Source: Symbiobacteriaceae bacterium
GTDB taxonomy: Bacteria > Bacillota > JAAYKD01 > WRDA01
Length of the DNA: 34,631 nucleotides
NCBI GenBank assembly: GCA_009779515.1
Contig: WREE01000001.1
Coordinates: 1-34,631, forward strand
Direction of reading: 5' to 3'
Shown here: positions 17,736-26,886 of the stretch, piece after piece
How positions within the stretch are numbered: the stretch's first letter is position 1
Layout of the letters: each line of letters opens with the position of its first letter
Program-made: the position numbers and the translations under genes
The notes under the pieces: generated by a model
Told to the model about the DNA's origin: nothing
The model's input: only the letters and a program-made list of their open reading frames with translations
Database searches by the model: none

Positions 17736-17926
17736 ATAGACGCGCATGAACTGCGTTCACCCAAAAAATGACAGATGCGCGCGTCTATTCGCCACGGGAA
17801 CCGGGGCGCAGGAGCGGAGCTCCTGTAAGCGCAGGCGGGCTTTGCCTGCCGTAGCGCGGGGTCCCCGCGCACATGTGCGTGGGGTGGGAGCATCCAGGGG
17901 TTTGGGGGCGGGTAGCCCCCATCTAT
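17736..17926 (+). repeat. Structured repeat family 1, copy 2, 41 nt upstream of the second MCP gene.
   Basis: See copy 1. Hairpins lie at 17736-17788, 17811-17823, 17831-17849, 17863-17884 and 17904-17920, and there is a perfect palindrome GCGCGGGG-T-CCCCGCGC at 17854-17870. Confidence 0.85.
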
Positions 17927-17967
17927 CAGAGTAGTAATGGAACACTATTTGGAAAGAAGGTGTGTTA

Positions 17968-19770
17968 ATGAGCATCAAGAGTCTGGGTCTGAAAGTGTCC
18001 CTCATAGTATCGCTTATGATCGCCGTGATTATCGGAGTCATCGTATATATTGTATCTGTCCAGAGTGATGTTTTGGTAACTGAGCTGGTGGCAGAAGACG
18101 CCAGGGCAAGTAACTACTCCTTTACTAAGGAGTTGGAGATTCTTAAATCCAGCGCCTTGATCAATGCGGAAATTATAGCCCGGTCGCCCAAAGTTGTCTC
18201 GGCAGTAATCGATAAAGACTATGGGCAGCTCCGGGAAGCTCTCTTGGAGTTGGCTTGGGATTTGGATTTAGTTACGGTATGCGATGTAAGTGGGGCTGTA
18301 ATTGCACGGATGCACGACCCTTTGAAAGACGATGTTGTCTTGAACCAAAAAGCGCTTACCACTGCACTCAACACAGGTAGAGGTATGAGTACCATCGAAA
18401 AGGGAACTGTCGTGGGCTTGTCCACACGGGGGAGCGCTGTCATAACCGATGATCGAGGAAATATCCTGGGAGCGCTCACCTGCGGTCACGATTTGTCAAA
18501 TCCCAAATATGTCGAAGAGATCAAAGAATTAAGCAACTGTGAAGCGACAATTTTTGACGGAGACACGCGCTTAATGTCTACCCTCTTCGATGAAACAGGT
18601 AGCCGCGTCGTGGGTACCACAGCGAGCCCTGCTGTCGTCAACATAGTTATACACCAGAGAAAAGAATACTCGGCGCCCATCACCCTGTTCGGACATGAAT
18701 ACTATGCCCATTATTCGCCCCTTATAGTTGATGGCACTGTTATTGGCATGTTGTTCACGGGCATAAGCATCGACAGTGCCCTGGCGGAACAACGGGCTAT
18801 GATGAACATGGTGCTATGGGCTGGGATCATATGCGGTATCGTATGTATCTTACTGGTTATTCTCTTCAATATCTTTGCGGTGAGTAGACCGCTGATGAAA
18901 ATAGGCGTTTTTGCAGATAAAATACGTAACGGAGATTTAGATATATTGTCCTCCGTCACATCCACCATCGGTATCCGCTCCTCCGACGAAATTGGTGTTC
19001 TGGCTAGGGCATTAGAACAGGCGTATGAGCAACTGCGGGGATATGTGGGTGAAATAAACTTACAACTGCAGTATATTGCCGAGGGGGATCTGGCAACTGA
19101 AAGCGTATATAATTTCCAAGGGGATTTTGTCCTTATTAAAGACTCCATTAATAATCATATCCGCCAGTTAAACCATACTATGGCCGAAGTCAATAGCTCA
19201 TCCTCGAATGTATCTTCCGGTGCGAAGATGGTGGCAGACGGTGCCCAATTTCTGGCGCAAGGCGCTATGGAGCAAACTACGGTTATTGAAAGCAACATCT
19301 TGGTAAACACCGAAAAAGGGAACCGCCAAATGAAGGAAATGACCGTTGCTGTTAAGGATATAAACCAGGCCAACGAGGATATAAAAATGGCTATGAAGTT
19401 AATTGACGACATAGCTATCCAAACAAACATCTTGGCGTTAAATGCCTCGATTGAAGCGGCCAAAGCCGGTGAATATGGTAAGAGCTTTGCCGTGGTAGCG
19501 GAGGAAGTTCGTAACCTTGCTGCCAGAAGCGCGGAAGCCGCTAGTAAAACCGCTTCTTTAGTCGAAAACTCTATCGAGAAAGCCCAATTGGGTTCTCGTA
19601 TTACCCATGAAACCACCGAGAGTTTTGCCATGATTATGTCCGGTATCAACAAAGTAGCCCAAATCGCCCAACAAAACAGTGCGACTGCTGAGGAACAGGC
19701 TGCTGCCTCAGAAGAATTAAGTGGACAATCTTCTGTTTTAGAGCAATTAATCAGACAGTTTAAACTTTGA
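17968..19770 (+). CDS. Methyl-accepting chemotaxis protein with a Cache-like extracytoplasmic sensor, a HAMP domain and an MA signalling domain.
   Basis: Start placed at ATG 17968, 7 nt after AGAAGG; the track's GTG 17962 is 2 codons upstream. The signalling motif is [42 protein letters not shown]-like segment follows TM2 ([20 protein letters not shown]). The periplasmic region has the alternating beta/alpha pattern typical of Cache domains; this part is a tentative call. Confidence 0.88.
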   Translation: MSIKSLGLKVSLIVSLMIAVIIGVIVYIVSVQSDVLVTELVAEDARASNYSFTKELEILKSSALINAEIIARSPKVVSAVIDKDYGQLREALLELAWDLDLVTVCDVSGAVIARMHDPLKDDVVLNQKALTTALNTGRGMSTIEKGTVVGLSTRGSAVITDDRGNILGALTCGHDLSNPKYVEEIKELSNCEATIFDGDTRLMSTLFDETGSRVVGTTASPAVVNIVIHQRKEYSAPITLFGHEYYAHYSPLIVDGTVIGMLFTGISIDSALAEQRAMMNMVLWAGIICGIVCILLVILFNIFAVSRPLMKIGVFADKIRNGDLDILSSVTSTIGIRSSDEIGVLARALEQAYEQLRGYVGEINLQLQYIAEGDLATESVYNFQGDFVLIKDSINNHIRQLNHTMAEVNSSSSNVSSGAKMVADGAQFLAQGAMEQTTVIESNILVNTEKGNRQMKEMTVAVKDINQANEDIKMAMKLIDDIAIQTNILALNASIEAAKAGEYGKSFAVVAEEVRNLAARSAEAASKTASLVENSIEKAQLGSRITHETTESFAMIMSGINKVAQIAQQNSATAEEQAAASEELSGQSSVLEQLIRQFKL

Positions 19771-19944
19771 AAAGCCGGTTTCAGGTTTGTTGTTTCCTAC
19801 CTAAATTACCTTAAAGGGACAAAAGTAACCGCTTTTTGGCATCACATACCCGGTAAAAAGCAAACTTAATGGCAAGAACATAACTTAATTCGCCGAAGAG
19901 CGCACTCTTAAAGGTGAGAGGCTGAAGACTTTGTCTTCAGCCTC
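19771..19944 (+). repeat. Intergenic repeat family 2, copy B.
   Basis: It starts directly after the MCP stop codon and ends with the perfect 12-bp hairpin GAGGCTGAAGAC-TTT-GTCTTCAGCCTC (19918-19944). It aligns with copies A and C. Confidence 0.9.
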
Positions 19945-19972
19945 TCGTGGTATCTCCGACAAAAAACGACAG

Positions 19973-20001
19973 TTGACATTCTAACGGCGGGTGGTTATAA
20001 T
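19973..20001 (+). promoter_or_regulatory. Consensus sigma-A promoter of the pyr operon.
   Basis: TTGACA (19973-19978), exactly 17 nt of spacer, then TATAAT (19996-20001). Confidence 0.75.
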
Positions 20002-20077
20002 TCCCGAGATATAACCTTTGCGACCAAAAATTTTGCAAGGGGGTTTAAGGACATATGTGGTCAGGCCTGCCGTCACT

Positions 20078-20116
20078 ACCGCTTCCGTGATATTTTTACG
20101 GAATCGGTATTTTTTT
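20078..20116 (+). terminator. Intrinsic terminator within the pyr leader (attenuator candidate).
   Basis: ACCGCTTCCGT (20078-20088) pairs with ACGGAATCGGT (20098-20108), giving 11 bp with 1 mismatch and a 9-nt loop, followed by A then T7 (20110-20116). It lies between the promoter and the pyrB start. Confidence 0.65.
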
Positions 20117-20151
20117 GTGCCACGGCAGTCCAGCGATAGGGGGGAATAGCC

Positions 20152-21087
20152 TTGCGACGGTTACCGCGTAAAGATATTTTAGGTTTGGAAGAAATCTCCA
20201 CCCAGGAGATGGATATTATTTTGGCTACTGCCCGCAGCATGAAGGAGCTGGTGCAATCTCCCGTTAAGAAGGAAAGCTCCTTGAAGGGTAAAGTGGTTAT
20301 CAACCTTTTTTATGAGCCTTCCACCCGCACCCGTTCCTCCTTCGAGTTGGCAGGTAAATATTTAGGTGGCGATGTTATCAATATCACCACCGCCACCTCC
20401 AGCGTGGTTAAGGGGGAGTCTTTGCTGGATACTGCCCGTACGATTCTCATGATGGGGTGTGACGTTTTAGTTGTGCGCCACTCCTCTTCCGGCTCCCCGC
20501 ATTTTCTAGCGCAGCATCTTTCCTGCAGCGTCATCAACGCCGGCGACGGTATGCACGAACACCCCACCCAAGGTTTGCTGGATCTTTTTACCATTCGCGA
20601 CCAGCTAGGCTCCGTTGCTGGTAAAAGGGTGGTTATTCTGGGGGATGTAGCCCACAGCCGAGTGGCACGTTCCAATATTTGGGCGCTGACCAAATTTGGC
20701 GCTAAGGTAACTGTGTGCGGTCCGAAAACCTTAATACCTGTCGAAGTTCGCTCTTTGGGGGTGGAGGTTAGCTATGATGCCGATACTGCTTTAGCCGAAG
20801 CAGATGTCATTAATGTCCTGCGCTTACAACTGGAGCGGCAACATAAAGGACTCTTTCCCAGCATTAGGGAGTATCATGCTGGCTGGGGCTTAAACCAGCG
20901 CCGCCTTAATTTAGCCAAGCCGGGCGCCTTAGTGCTCCATCCGGGACCGATGAACCGGGGAGTGGAAATAAGCAGCGACATCGCCGATGGCGACCAGTCT
21001 TTAATCGAAGAGCAAGTAACCAATGGAGTGGCTATCCGCATGGCGCTACTCCATCTACTGGTGGGGGAGGTGGCACGGGATGAGTAA
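20152..21087 (+). CDS. pyrB: Aspartate carbamoyltransferase catalytic subunit.
   Basis: 311 aa with a TTG start after a GGGGGG RBS. Motifs are STRTR, HPTQ and [12 protein letters not shown]. Confidence 0.95.
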   Translation: MRRLPRKDILGLEEISTQEMDIILATARSMKELVQSPVKKESSLKGKVVINLFYEPSTRTRSSFELAGKYLGGDVINITTATSSVVKGESLLDTARTILMMGCDVLVVRHSSSGSPHFLAQHLSCSVINAGDGMHEHPTQGLLDLFTIRDQLGSVAGKRVVILGDVAHSRVARSNIWALTKFGAKVTVCGPKTLIPVEVRSLGVEVSYDADTALAEADVINVLRLQLERQHKGLFPSIREYHAGWGLNQRRLNLAKPGALVLHPGPMNRGVEISSDIADGDQSLIEEQVTNGVAIRMALLHLLVGEVARDE

Positions 21088-22441
21088 GCTGAGCTTGACG
21101 GTCTTTCCCAACTACCAGGAAGCTGCCGGGGAGCTAACCAGCTTTTCCCCCTCCCTTCTCTTGCAAAAGGGGCGTCTGCTAGACCCCCAGCAGGGGCTGG
21201 ATGCTGTTGGGGATGTGCGCCTTCAGGGAGATAAAATTGTCCAGGTAGGGAATAACCTCCCCCCTCTGGCTGGGGAACGGGTAGTTTCCTGCCAAGGGCT
21301 AGTTCTGGCTCCCGGTTTTATCGATATGCATGTGCATTTGCGTGAACCCGGCTATGAATACAAAGAGGATATCGCTAGTGGCAGCCAGGCAGCCTTGGCA
21401 GGGGGTTTTGCCCAAATATGCTGTATGCCCAACACCTACCCTATCTGCGATAACCGCAGTGTGGTGGAGTTTATTAAACAACAGGCGGCTCATGCCAATG
21501 GCGCTATCGTCTGGCCGATAGCAGCTATTACCAAAGGGGAAGCAGGATACGAGCTCAGCGAAATGGTCGAGCTGCGCCAGGCTGGGGTAGTCGCTTTTTC
21601 TGATGATGGTCGCCCGGTCATCAACGGCGAGGTTATGCGTAACGCTTTAGAGTATAGCTCCATGTTGGGGGTGCCGGTGATCAGTCACCTGGAAGACCCT
21701 TATCTCAGCGAAGGTCGAGTTATGCACCACGGCGCTGTCTCCACTCGGCTAGGGCTTAAAGGTATCCCCGCCGCGGCGGAGGAGATTATGGCTTACCGGG
21801 ACTTGCAACTGGCTAAACTGGTGGACGGGCAAATCCACCTGGCGCACCTTTCTGCCGCTGGCACGGTGGAGCTACTGCGTCAGGGTAAGGAGCGGGGCAT
21901 CAAAGCCAGCGGCGAAGTGACCGTACACCATTTGCTGTTAACCCACGAAATGGTGGCGGAGAGCGGCTACGACAGTAACACCAAAGTTAACCCACCCTTA
22001 CGTACCGAGGAAGACCGCCAGGCTTTGCTGGTGGGGCTTCGGGAAGGGGTGATCGATGCTATTGTCACCGACCATGCACCCCACCACTTAGACGATAAAC
22101 GTATGGATTTCGACGGAGCGGCTTTTGGTATTTCCGGGCTGGATGTTGCCGTAGCTCTGATCTTAAGCCGATTGGTCAGCAGGGGAGAACTCTCCTTAGA
22201 GCGCATGATAACCGCTTTCACCACCGGACCTGCCCAGATCCTAGGCTTAACCCCTCCCAGTCTCACCCCAGGCAGTAGCGCGAATATCACTGTTTTAGAC
22301 TTGCAACTAACCCAGGAGATTGCAGCTACCGCCCTTAAGTCTAAAGGAAAAAATATGCCCTACCTGGGCTGGACTCTCACCGGTTGGCCGGTGATGACCA
22401 TCGTTCGCGGGAAGCTATATGCCCACCCCAGTTTAGCTTAA
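21080..22441 (+). CDS. pyrC: Dihydroorotase.
   Basis: Start placed at ATG 21080, overlapping the pyrB stop (ATGAGTAA). Motifs [10 protein letters not shown] and the later metal-binding histidines ([14 protein letters not shown]) are present. Confidence 0.93.
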   Translation: MSKLSLTVFPNYQEAAGELTSFSPSLLLQKGRLLDPQQGLDAVGDVRLQGDKIVQVGNNLPPLAGERVVSCQGLVLAPGFIDMHVHLREPGYEYKEDIASGSQAALAGGFAQICCMPNTYPICDNRSVVEFIKQQAAHANGAIVWPIAAITKGEAGYELSEMVELRQAGVVAFSDDGRPVINGEVMRNALEYSSMLGVPVISHLEDPYLSEGRVMHHGAVSTRLGLKGIPAAAEEIMAYRDLQLAKLVDGQIHLAHLSAAGTVELLRQGKERGIKASGEVTVHHLLLTHEMVAESGYDSNTKVNPPLRTEEDRQALLVGLREGVIDAIVTDHAPHHLDDKRMDFDGAAFGISGLDVAVALILSRLVSRGELSLERMITAFTTGPAQILGLTPPSLTPGSSANITVLDLQLTQEIAATALKSKGKNMPYLGWTLTGWPVMTIVRGKLYAHPSLA

Positions 22442-22469
22442 GAGGGCGTAATAAAGGAGGAGAGTATCC

Positions 22470-23549
22470 ATCGACGGCATTTTACAGTTAGCAGATGGCA
22501 CCTGCTTTCGCGGCAAACTGCACCAAGCTGTAGCTCATCCCACCCCGGGTGAGGTGGTCATCATCACCCATATGTCCGGCTATTACGAATATATATGCGA
22601 CCCCTGTTCGGCAGGGTTAATCCTTGTCTTTGCTTACCCCCTTATCGGCAACTACGGCGTGGCTCCTCCCGCCGGAGCCCAAGGGTACGCTCAGGCGGTG
22701 GTGGTGCGGGAAAGCTGTTCGCACCCCAGCCATCATCTGACAACTTCTTCCTTGCCCGCCTTTCTTGCCACTCAGGGTATCCCTTTGCTCAGCGAAGTAG
22801 ATACCCGGGCGGTTACCCAGCATATCCGCATCTCAGGTGAAGTAAGGGGTGTAGTAGGCGCTCCAGATAGCCAGCCTCCTGTGTCTTACCCCGAGGCAGC
22901 TCTGCCACTAACTCCTACCTCATGGGAGGAGGAGCCAGTCGCAGTTAAATCTGACCTCCCGCCACTAGCCGTTCTCGACTTAGGTGCGGCGGCAGCTATC
23001 TGTCAAGAGCTAAAACGCTTGGAGTATCCTCTGGTGGTTATCCCTGCGACCCAACCAGTTGCCAGCCATTTACCTTCGGAATGCACGGCTCTCATCATCT
23101 CCGACGGTCCCGGGGATCCTGGCGTCTATCGCCACCTGCTGCCGGAGTTGCAGCAGCTGACTACTTGCCTCCCAGTTTACGCCTTTGGCTTGGGGCACCT
23201 CCTGTTGGCACTGGCTCTGGGGGGGGATTGCTACCGTATGCCTTGCGGGCACCGGGGCAGTAATTATACCGTGCAAACGCTGCCGCCGGTTACCTTGGGG
23301 GATGCCACCCTGGAGCCTATGCATATCACCAGTCAAAACCATGGCTACGCCGTGCTTGAATCCAGCCTTTTAGGTACCCAGCTGGAAGTGAGCCACCGCG
23401 AACTGCACGACGGTACCGTCGAAGGGATGTGGCACCGTAGCTTACCCCTCTGGTCGTTGCAATACCTACCCGACTGCTCTCGGCTCACCTTAGACCAAAC
23501 GGAGGAGTGCCGTGCTTTTTGGAGCTATATTCGGAAAGTAGGTTCCTAA
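22470..23549 (+). CDS. carA: Carbamoyl-phosphate synthase small-subunit (CarA) homolog. It is full length, but all three glutaminase catalytic-triad positions are substituted and there is no canonical start codon.
   Basis: The reading frame is open from 22455. The CarA N-terminal homology (ILQLADGTCFRGK..GEVVIITHMSGYYEYICDP..YPLIGNYGV) begins upstream of the track's GTG 22554. The only start-like codon at proper distance (9 nt) from the AAAGGAGG RBS (22453-22460) is ATC at 22470. At the active site, the canonical GICLGHQ reads AFGLGHL (GGC at 23187-23189 replaces Cys), and the canonical HPE reads LPD (CTA at 23466-23468, GAC at 23472-23474). Confidence 0.8.
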   Translation: MDGILQLADGTCFRGKLHQAVAHPTPGEVVIITHMSGYYEYICDPCSAGLILVFAYPLIGNYGVAPPAGAQGYAQAVVVRESCSHPSHHLTTSSLPAFLATQGIPLLSEVDTRAVTQHIRISGEVRGVVGAPDSQPPVSYPEAALPLTPTSWEEEPVAVKSDLPPLAVLDLGAAAAICQELKRLEYPLVVIPATQPVASHLPSECTALIISDGPGDPGVYRHLLPELQQLTTCLPVYAFGLGHLLLALALGGDCYRMPCGHRGSNYTVQTLPPVTLGDATLEPMHITSQNHGYAVLESSLLGTQLEVSHRELHDGTVEGMWHRSLPLWSLQYLPDCSRLTLDQTEECRAFWSYIRKVGS

Positions 23550-23576
23550 GCCGAATATGAAAGGGGAAGATGAGTT

Positions 23577-26500
23577 ATGCCCCAGGATCTCCGCCTCAAA
23601 AAGGTTCTTGTTATCGGTTCCGGTCCGATTGTCATTGGTCAGGCAGCAGAGTTCGACTACGCAGGCACCCAGGCGTGTCGCGTCTTGCAGGAGCAAGGAG
23701 TCGAGGTTGTTTTAGTCAACAGCAACCCTGCCACCATCATGACCGATCCCGAAGTGGCTCATCGCACCTACCTAGAGCCTCTCAGCCCAGAGTTGATTCG
23801 CCAGATTATCGCCAAGGAGCGTCCCCAAGGCCTTTTAGCCACTTTAGGGGGGCAAATTGGTTTGAATATGGCTTTACTACTGGGTAACGATGGCACTCTG
23901 GAGAGTTATGGCGTGGAGCTGCTGGGCACCCCTCTGGAAGCTATTCGTCGTTCCGAAGATAGGCAGCTTTTTAAAGAGTGCATGCAACAGGTAGGGCAGC
24001 CGGTGTTGGAAAGTTACACCGTGCAGACCCTGGAAGAAGCCTTCCCCTTAGCCGAACTGCTAGGTTACCCCTTAATCATCCGCCCCGCTTTTACCCTGGG
24101 AGGTACTGGCGGCGGTTTTTGTTATAGTGCCCAGGAACTTAAGGAGATGCTCCCCATCGGCTTAGCAGCCAGCCCTATCCAGCAATGCCTCTTAGAGCGC
24201 TCTCTGCAGGGCTGGAAAGAGATTGAGTACGAGGCGGTGCGAGATAAAAACGATACCTGCCTGACTATCTGTTCTATGGAAAATGTCGACCCCTTAGGGA
24301 TTCACACCGGAGATTCCATTGTCGTCGCCCCCACGCAAACTTTAGACCATCAGGATGCCACCATGCTGCGCCATGCCGCCATCGCCATCATCCAGGCTTT
24401 GGGTATTGAAGGGGGGTGCAATGTCCAGTTTGCGCTCAATCCCCAGAGTCGAGAGTATTATGTCATTGAAGTTAACCCCCGGGTTTCCCGCTCCTCGGCG
24501 CTGGCTTCCAAAGCCACGGGGTATCCCATTGCCCGTGTCGTCTCCCTTATTGCCCTGGGTTTCACTCTGGATGAAATAACCAACCCCATAACCGGACACA
24601 CCACGGCTTGCTTTGAACCGGCTATCGACTATATCGTCTGCAAGGTTCCCCGCTGGCCTTTCGATAAATTTCGTATCGCCAACCGTAAACTCTCTACCCA
24701 AATGAAATCTACCGGCGAAGTTATGGCTATTGGTCGCTCCTTTCCGGAAGCGCTGCAAAAAGCGGTACGCTCCTTGGAGCAAGGGTATGAGGCTCTCTAC
24801 AGCCAGGATATTGCCGCTTACAGCACCGAGGAGCTCCAGGAGGGGATATCCGAAGGGAACGACCTGCGCCTCTTCCTGATGATGGAAGCGTTGCGCCGCG
24901 GGGTTACCCTGGCCGAAATTGGGGAGGCTTCCCAAATCGACCCCTTCTTTATTCAGGAAATAAACCGGATATGCCTTATGGAACAAATTATACAGCAACA
25001 ACCTCTTACCCGTGACCTTCTGTGGGAGGCGAAGCGCCTGGGATTTGCCGATAGCGAAATAGCTAGGCTGACCGGGAGTAGTAAGGAGCAGGTACGCCAA
25101 ACCCGGGAAGGTTGGGGTTTAAAGCGTGTCTACAAAATGGTAGATACCTGCGCCGGGCTCTACCCTTCGGAAGCTCCCTACTACTACTCCACCTTCGAAG
25201 AGTATGACGAGTTAGTCCCTTTAGGCAACCAGACAGTGGTAGTTATCGGCTCTGGTCCTATCCGCATCGGTCAGGGGGTGGAGTTCGACTACTGCTCGGT
25301 GCATGCCGCTCAGGCTTTACAGGAAGCTGGCTACCAAGCGGTAATGATCAACAACAACCCCGAAACCGTTTCCACCGATTTTAACGTCTCCGACCGCCTA
25401 TTTTTTGAACCACTGCAAGAAGAAGAGGTCTTGGATATCCTTTGGCGGGAGCAACCGGTGGGGGTGCTAGTCCAGTTTGGCGGACAGACGGCCATCAACT
25501 TAGCATCAGCCATTCACGAAGCTGGTTTTACCATCCTCGGCTCCTCTTTGGATACCATCGACTTAGCGGAAGACCGCGCTCGTTTCGAAGCCATGCTGGA
25601 GGAGCTTGCTCTGGCACGCCCTCCCGCTCGGGGGGTACGTTCCCTGGCGGAGGCCTATCAGGCAGTGGAAGTTATCGGTTACCCGGTTTTGGTGCGCCCC
25701 TCCTATGTGCTGGGCGGGCGGGGGATGGAAATATGTCGTTCTCCCGAAGAATTGGAGGGTTTTTTAGAGGAAGCAGCGAAAATCACTCCTAACCACCCGG
25801 TACTGATCGACCGCTACATCCCTGGGAAAGAGTTAGAGGTAGATGCTATTGCCGACGGGGAGCATGTAGTAGTGGTAGGGATCATGGAGCATATCGAGCG
25901 CGCCGGTGTTCATTCCGGGGACTCCCTGGCAGTTTACCCCTGGTCTGACCTGGAACCCTGGCTGATTGAGGAGGTCGTGGAAGCTACTAAAAAGCTCAGC
26001 CTAGCCCTGCAAGTCAAAGGCTTAATCAATATCCAGTTTGTCGCCCATGAGGAGAAGCTTTATATCCTGGAAGTTAACCCCAGATCCTCCCGCACCGTCC
26101 CCTTTTTATCTAAGGTTTCCGGGCTGCCTATGGTACGGGTCGCCACCAAGGTTGCCTTAGGCCAGAGCTTGCGGCAGCAGGGGATTACCCGAGATCTCTG
26201 GCATAAAAATGGCTTCAGTGCCGTTAAAGCCCCGGTCTTTAGCTGGAGTAAGCTACGCGGGGTGGAGATTGGCTTAGGACCGGAAATGAAGTCCACCGGG
26301 GAAGTTATCGGCATGGGGATTAGCCGGGAGGAAGCGCTGGCACGTGCCTTTTGGGCTTCCGGTTGGAAGCCTGGGAAGAATAAAGCCCTTTTAGCCACCA
26401 TAGCCAACCGAGACCGCAAGGAAGCCATTCCCCTTATCAAGCTGCTCTGGCGAGAAGGATACGAAATCTATGCTACCCCCGGCACCGCCGTCGACCTGGA

Positions 26501-26786
26501 AGCAGTGGGGGTGGAAGTCACCCTAGTCCACAAAATGAACCTGGGCACCCCTTCGGTTTTAGATGTCATCAGCAGTGGCTTGGTGGATTTAGTCATCAAT
26601 ACGGTCTCCAAAGGGCGAGATCCCCAGAGGGACGGCTTTATTATACGCCGTTGTGCCGTGGAGCACGATGTTCGCTACTTTACCTCTCTGGATACGGTAA
26701 CTTGCTTCTGGCGTTGCCTCTCTTTTTTCCAAAGCACCGAGTTTATACCGCCTATCTCTTTGCAAGAACGCTTGAACTGGATTTAA
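23577..26786 (+). CDS. carB: Carbamoyl-phosphate synthase large subunit.
   Basis: 1069 aa with two ATP-grasp halves, each beginning (V)LV(I)GSGPI.IGQ..EFDY, and a C-terminal MGS-like domain. Confidence 0.97.
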   Translation: MPQDLRLKKVLVIGSGPIVIGQAAEFDYAGTQACRVLQEQGVEVVLVNSNPATIMTDPEVAHRTYLEPLSPELIRQIIAKERPQGLLATLGGQIGLNMALLLGNDGTLESYGVELLGTPLEAIRRSEDRQLFKECMQQVGQPVLESYTVQTLEEAFPLAELLGYPLIIRPAFTLGGTGGGFCYSAQELKEMLPIGLAASPIQQCLLERSLQGWKEIEYEAVRDKNDTCLTICSMENVDPLGIHTGDSIVVAPTQTLDHQDATMLRHAAIAIIQALGIEGGCNVQFALNPQSREYYVIEVNPRVSRSSALASKATGYPIARVVSLIALGFTLDEITNPITGHTTACFEPAIDYIVCKVPRWPFDKFRIANRKLSTQMKSTGEVMAIGRSFPEALQKAVRSLEQGYEALYSQDIAAYSTEELQEGISEGNDLRLFLMMEALRRGVTLAEIGEASQIDPFFIQEINRICLMEQIIQQQPLTRDLLWEAKRLGFADSEIARLTGSSKEQVRQTREGWGLKRVYKMVDTCAGLYPSEAPYYYSTFEEYDELVPLGNQTVVVIGSGPIRIGQGVEFDYCSVHAAQALQEAGYQAVMINNNPETVSTDFNVSDRLFFEPLQEEEVLDILWREQPVGVLVQFGGQTAINLASAIHEAGFTILGSSLDTIDLAEDRARFEAMLEELALARPPARGVRSLAEAYQAVEVIGYPVLVRPSYVLGGRGMEICRSPEELEGFLEEAAKITPNHPVLIDRYIPGKELEVDAIADGEHVVVVGIMEHIERAGVHSGDSLAVYPWSDLEPWLIEEVVEATKKLSLALQVKGLINIQFVAHEEKLYILEVNPRSSRTVPFLSKVSGLPMVRVATKVALGQSLRQQGITRDLWHKNGFSAVKAPVFSWSKLRGVEIGLGPEMKSTGEVIGMGISREEALARAFWASGWKPGKNKALLATIANRDRKEAIPLIKLLWREGYEIYATPGTAVDLEAVGVEVTLVHKMNLGTPSVLDVISSGLVDLVINTVSKGRDPQRDGFIIRRCAVEHDVRYFTSLDTVTCFWRCLSFFQSTEFIPPISLQERLNWI

Positions 26787-26886
26787 AATAAACAACCGTT
26801 GTCTATTAATGGAGCGAGTGGGCAAATAGGTCGCGTCATATAATTAGAATTTTGTTATCGCCGCGCTGGCGAAATGGGGGTAAAAT

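Noticed and set aside
17732-17926. Possible 4-bp target-site duplication (CTAT) and short terminal inverted repeat (ATAGA..TCTAT) around family 1 copy 2.
   Set aside because: Copy 1 does not show the same arrangement (only AT, or a non-adjacent TATAG). Matches this short are not meaningful with two copies.
22554-22556. GTG at 22554 as the carA start (as in the ORF track).
   Set aside because: The 28 in-frame codons upstream clearly encode the conserved CarA N-terminus (LADGTCFRGK..GEVV). No RBS precedes the GTG, whereas a strong RBS precedes the ATC at 22470.
24342-25100. Long antisense or alternative-frame ORFs within well-supported genes. Examples: 252 aa antisense to carB, 182 aa at 11489-12037, 145 and 165 aa antisense to the second MCP, 148 aa at 4199-4645, and 177-183 aa opposite the M14 gene.
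   Set aside because: Each is fully embedded in a gene with strong family motifs on the other strand or frame. Their low-complexity Arg/Pro/Gly/Ser-rich translations are typical of shadow ORFs in GC-rich coding DNA, and none has a plausible RBS.
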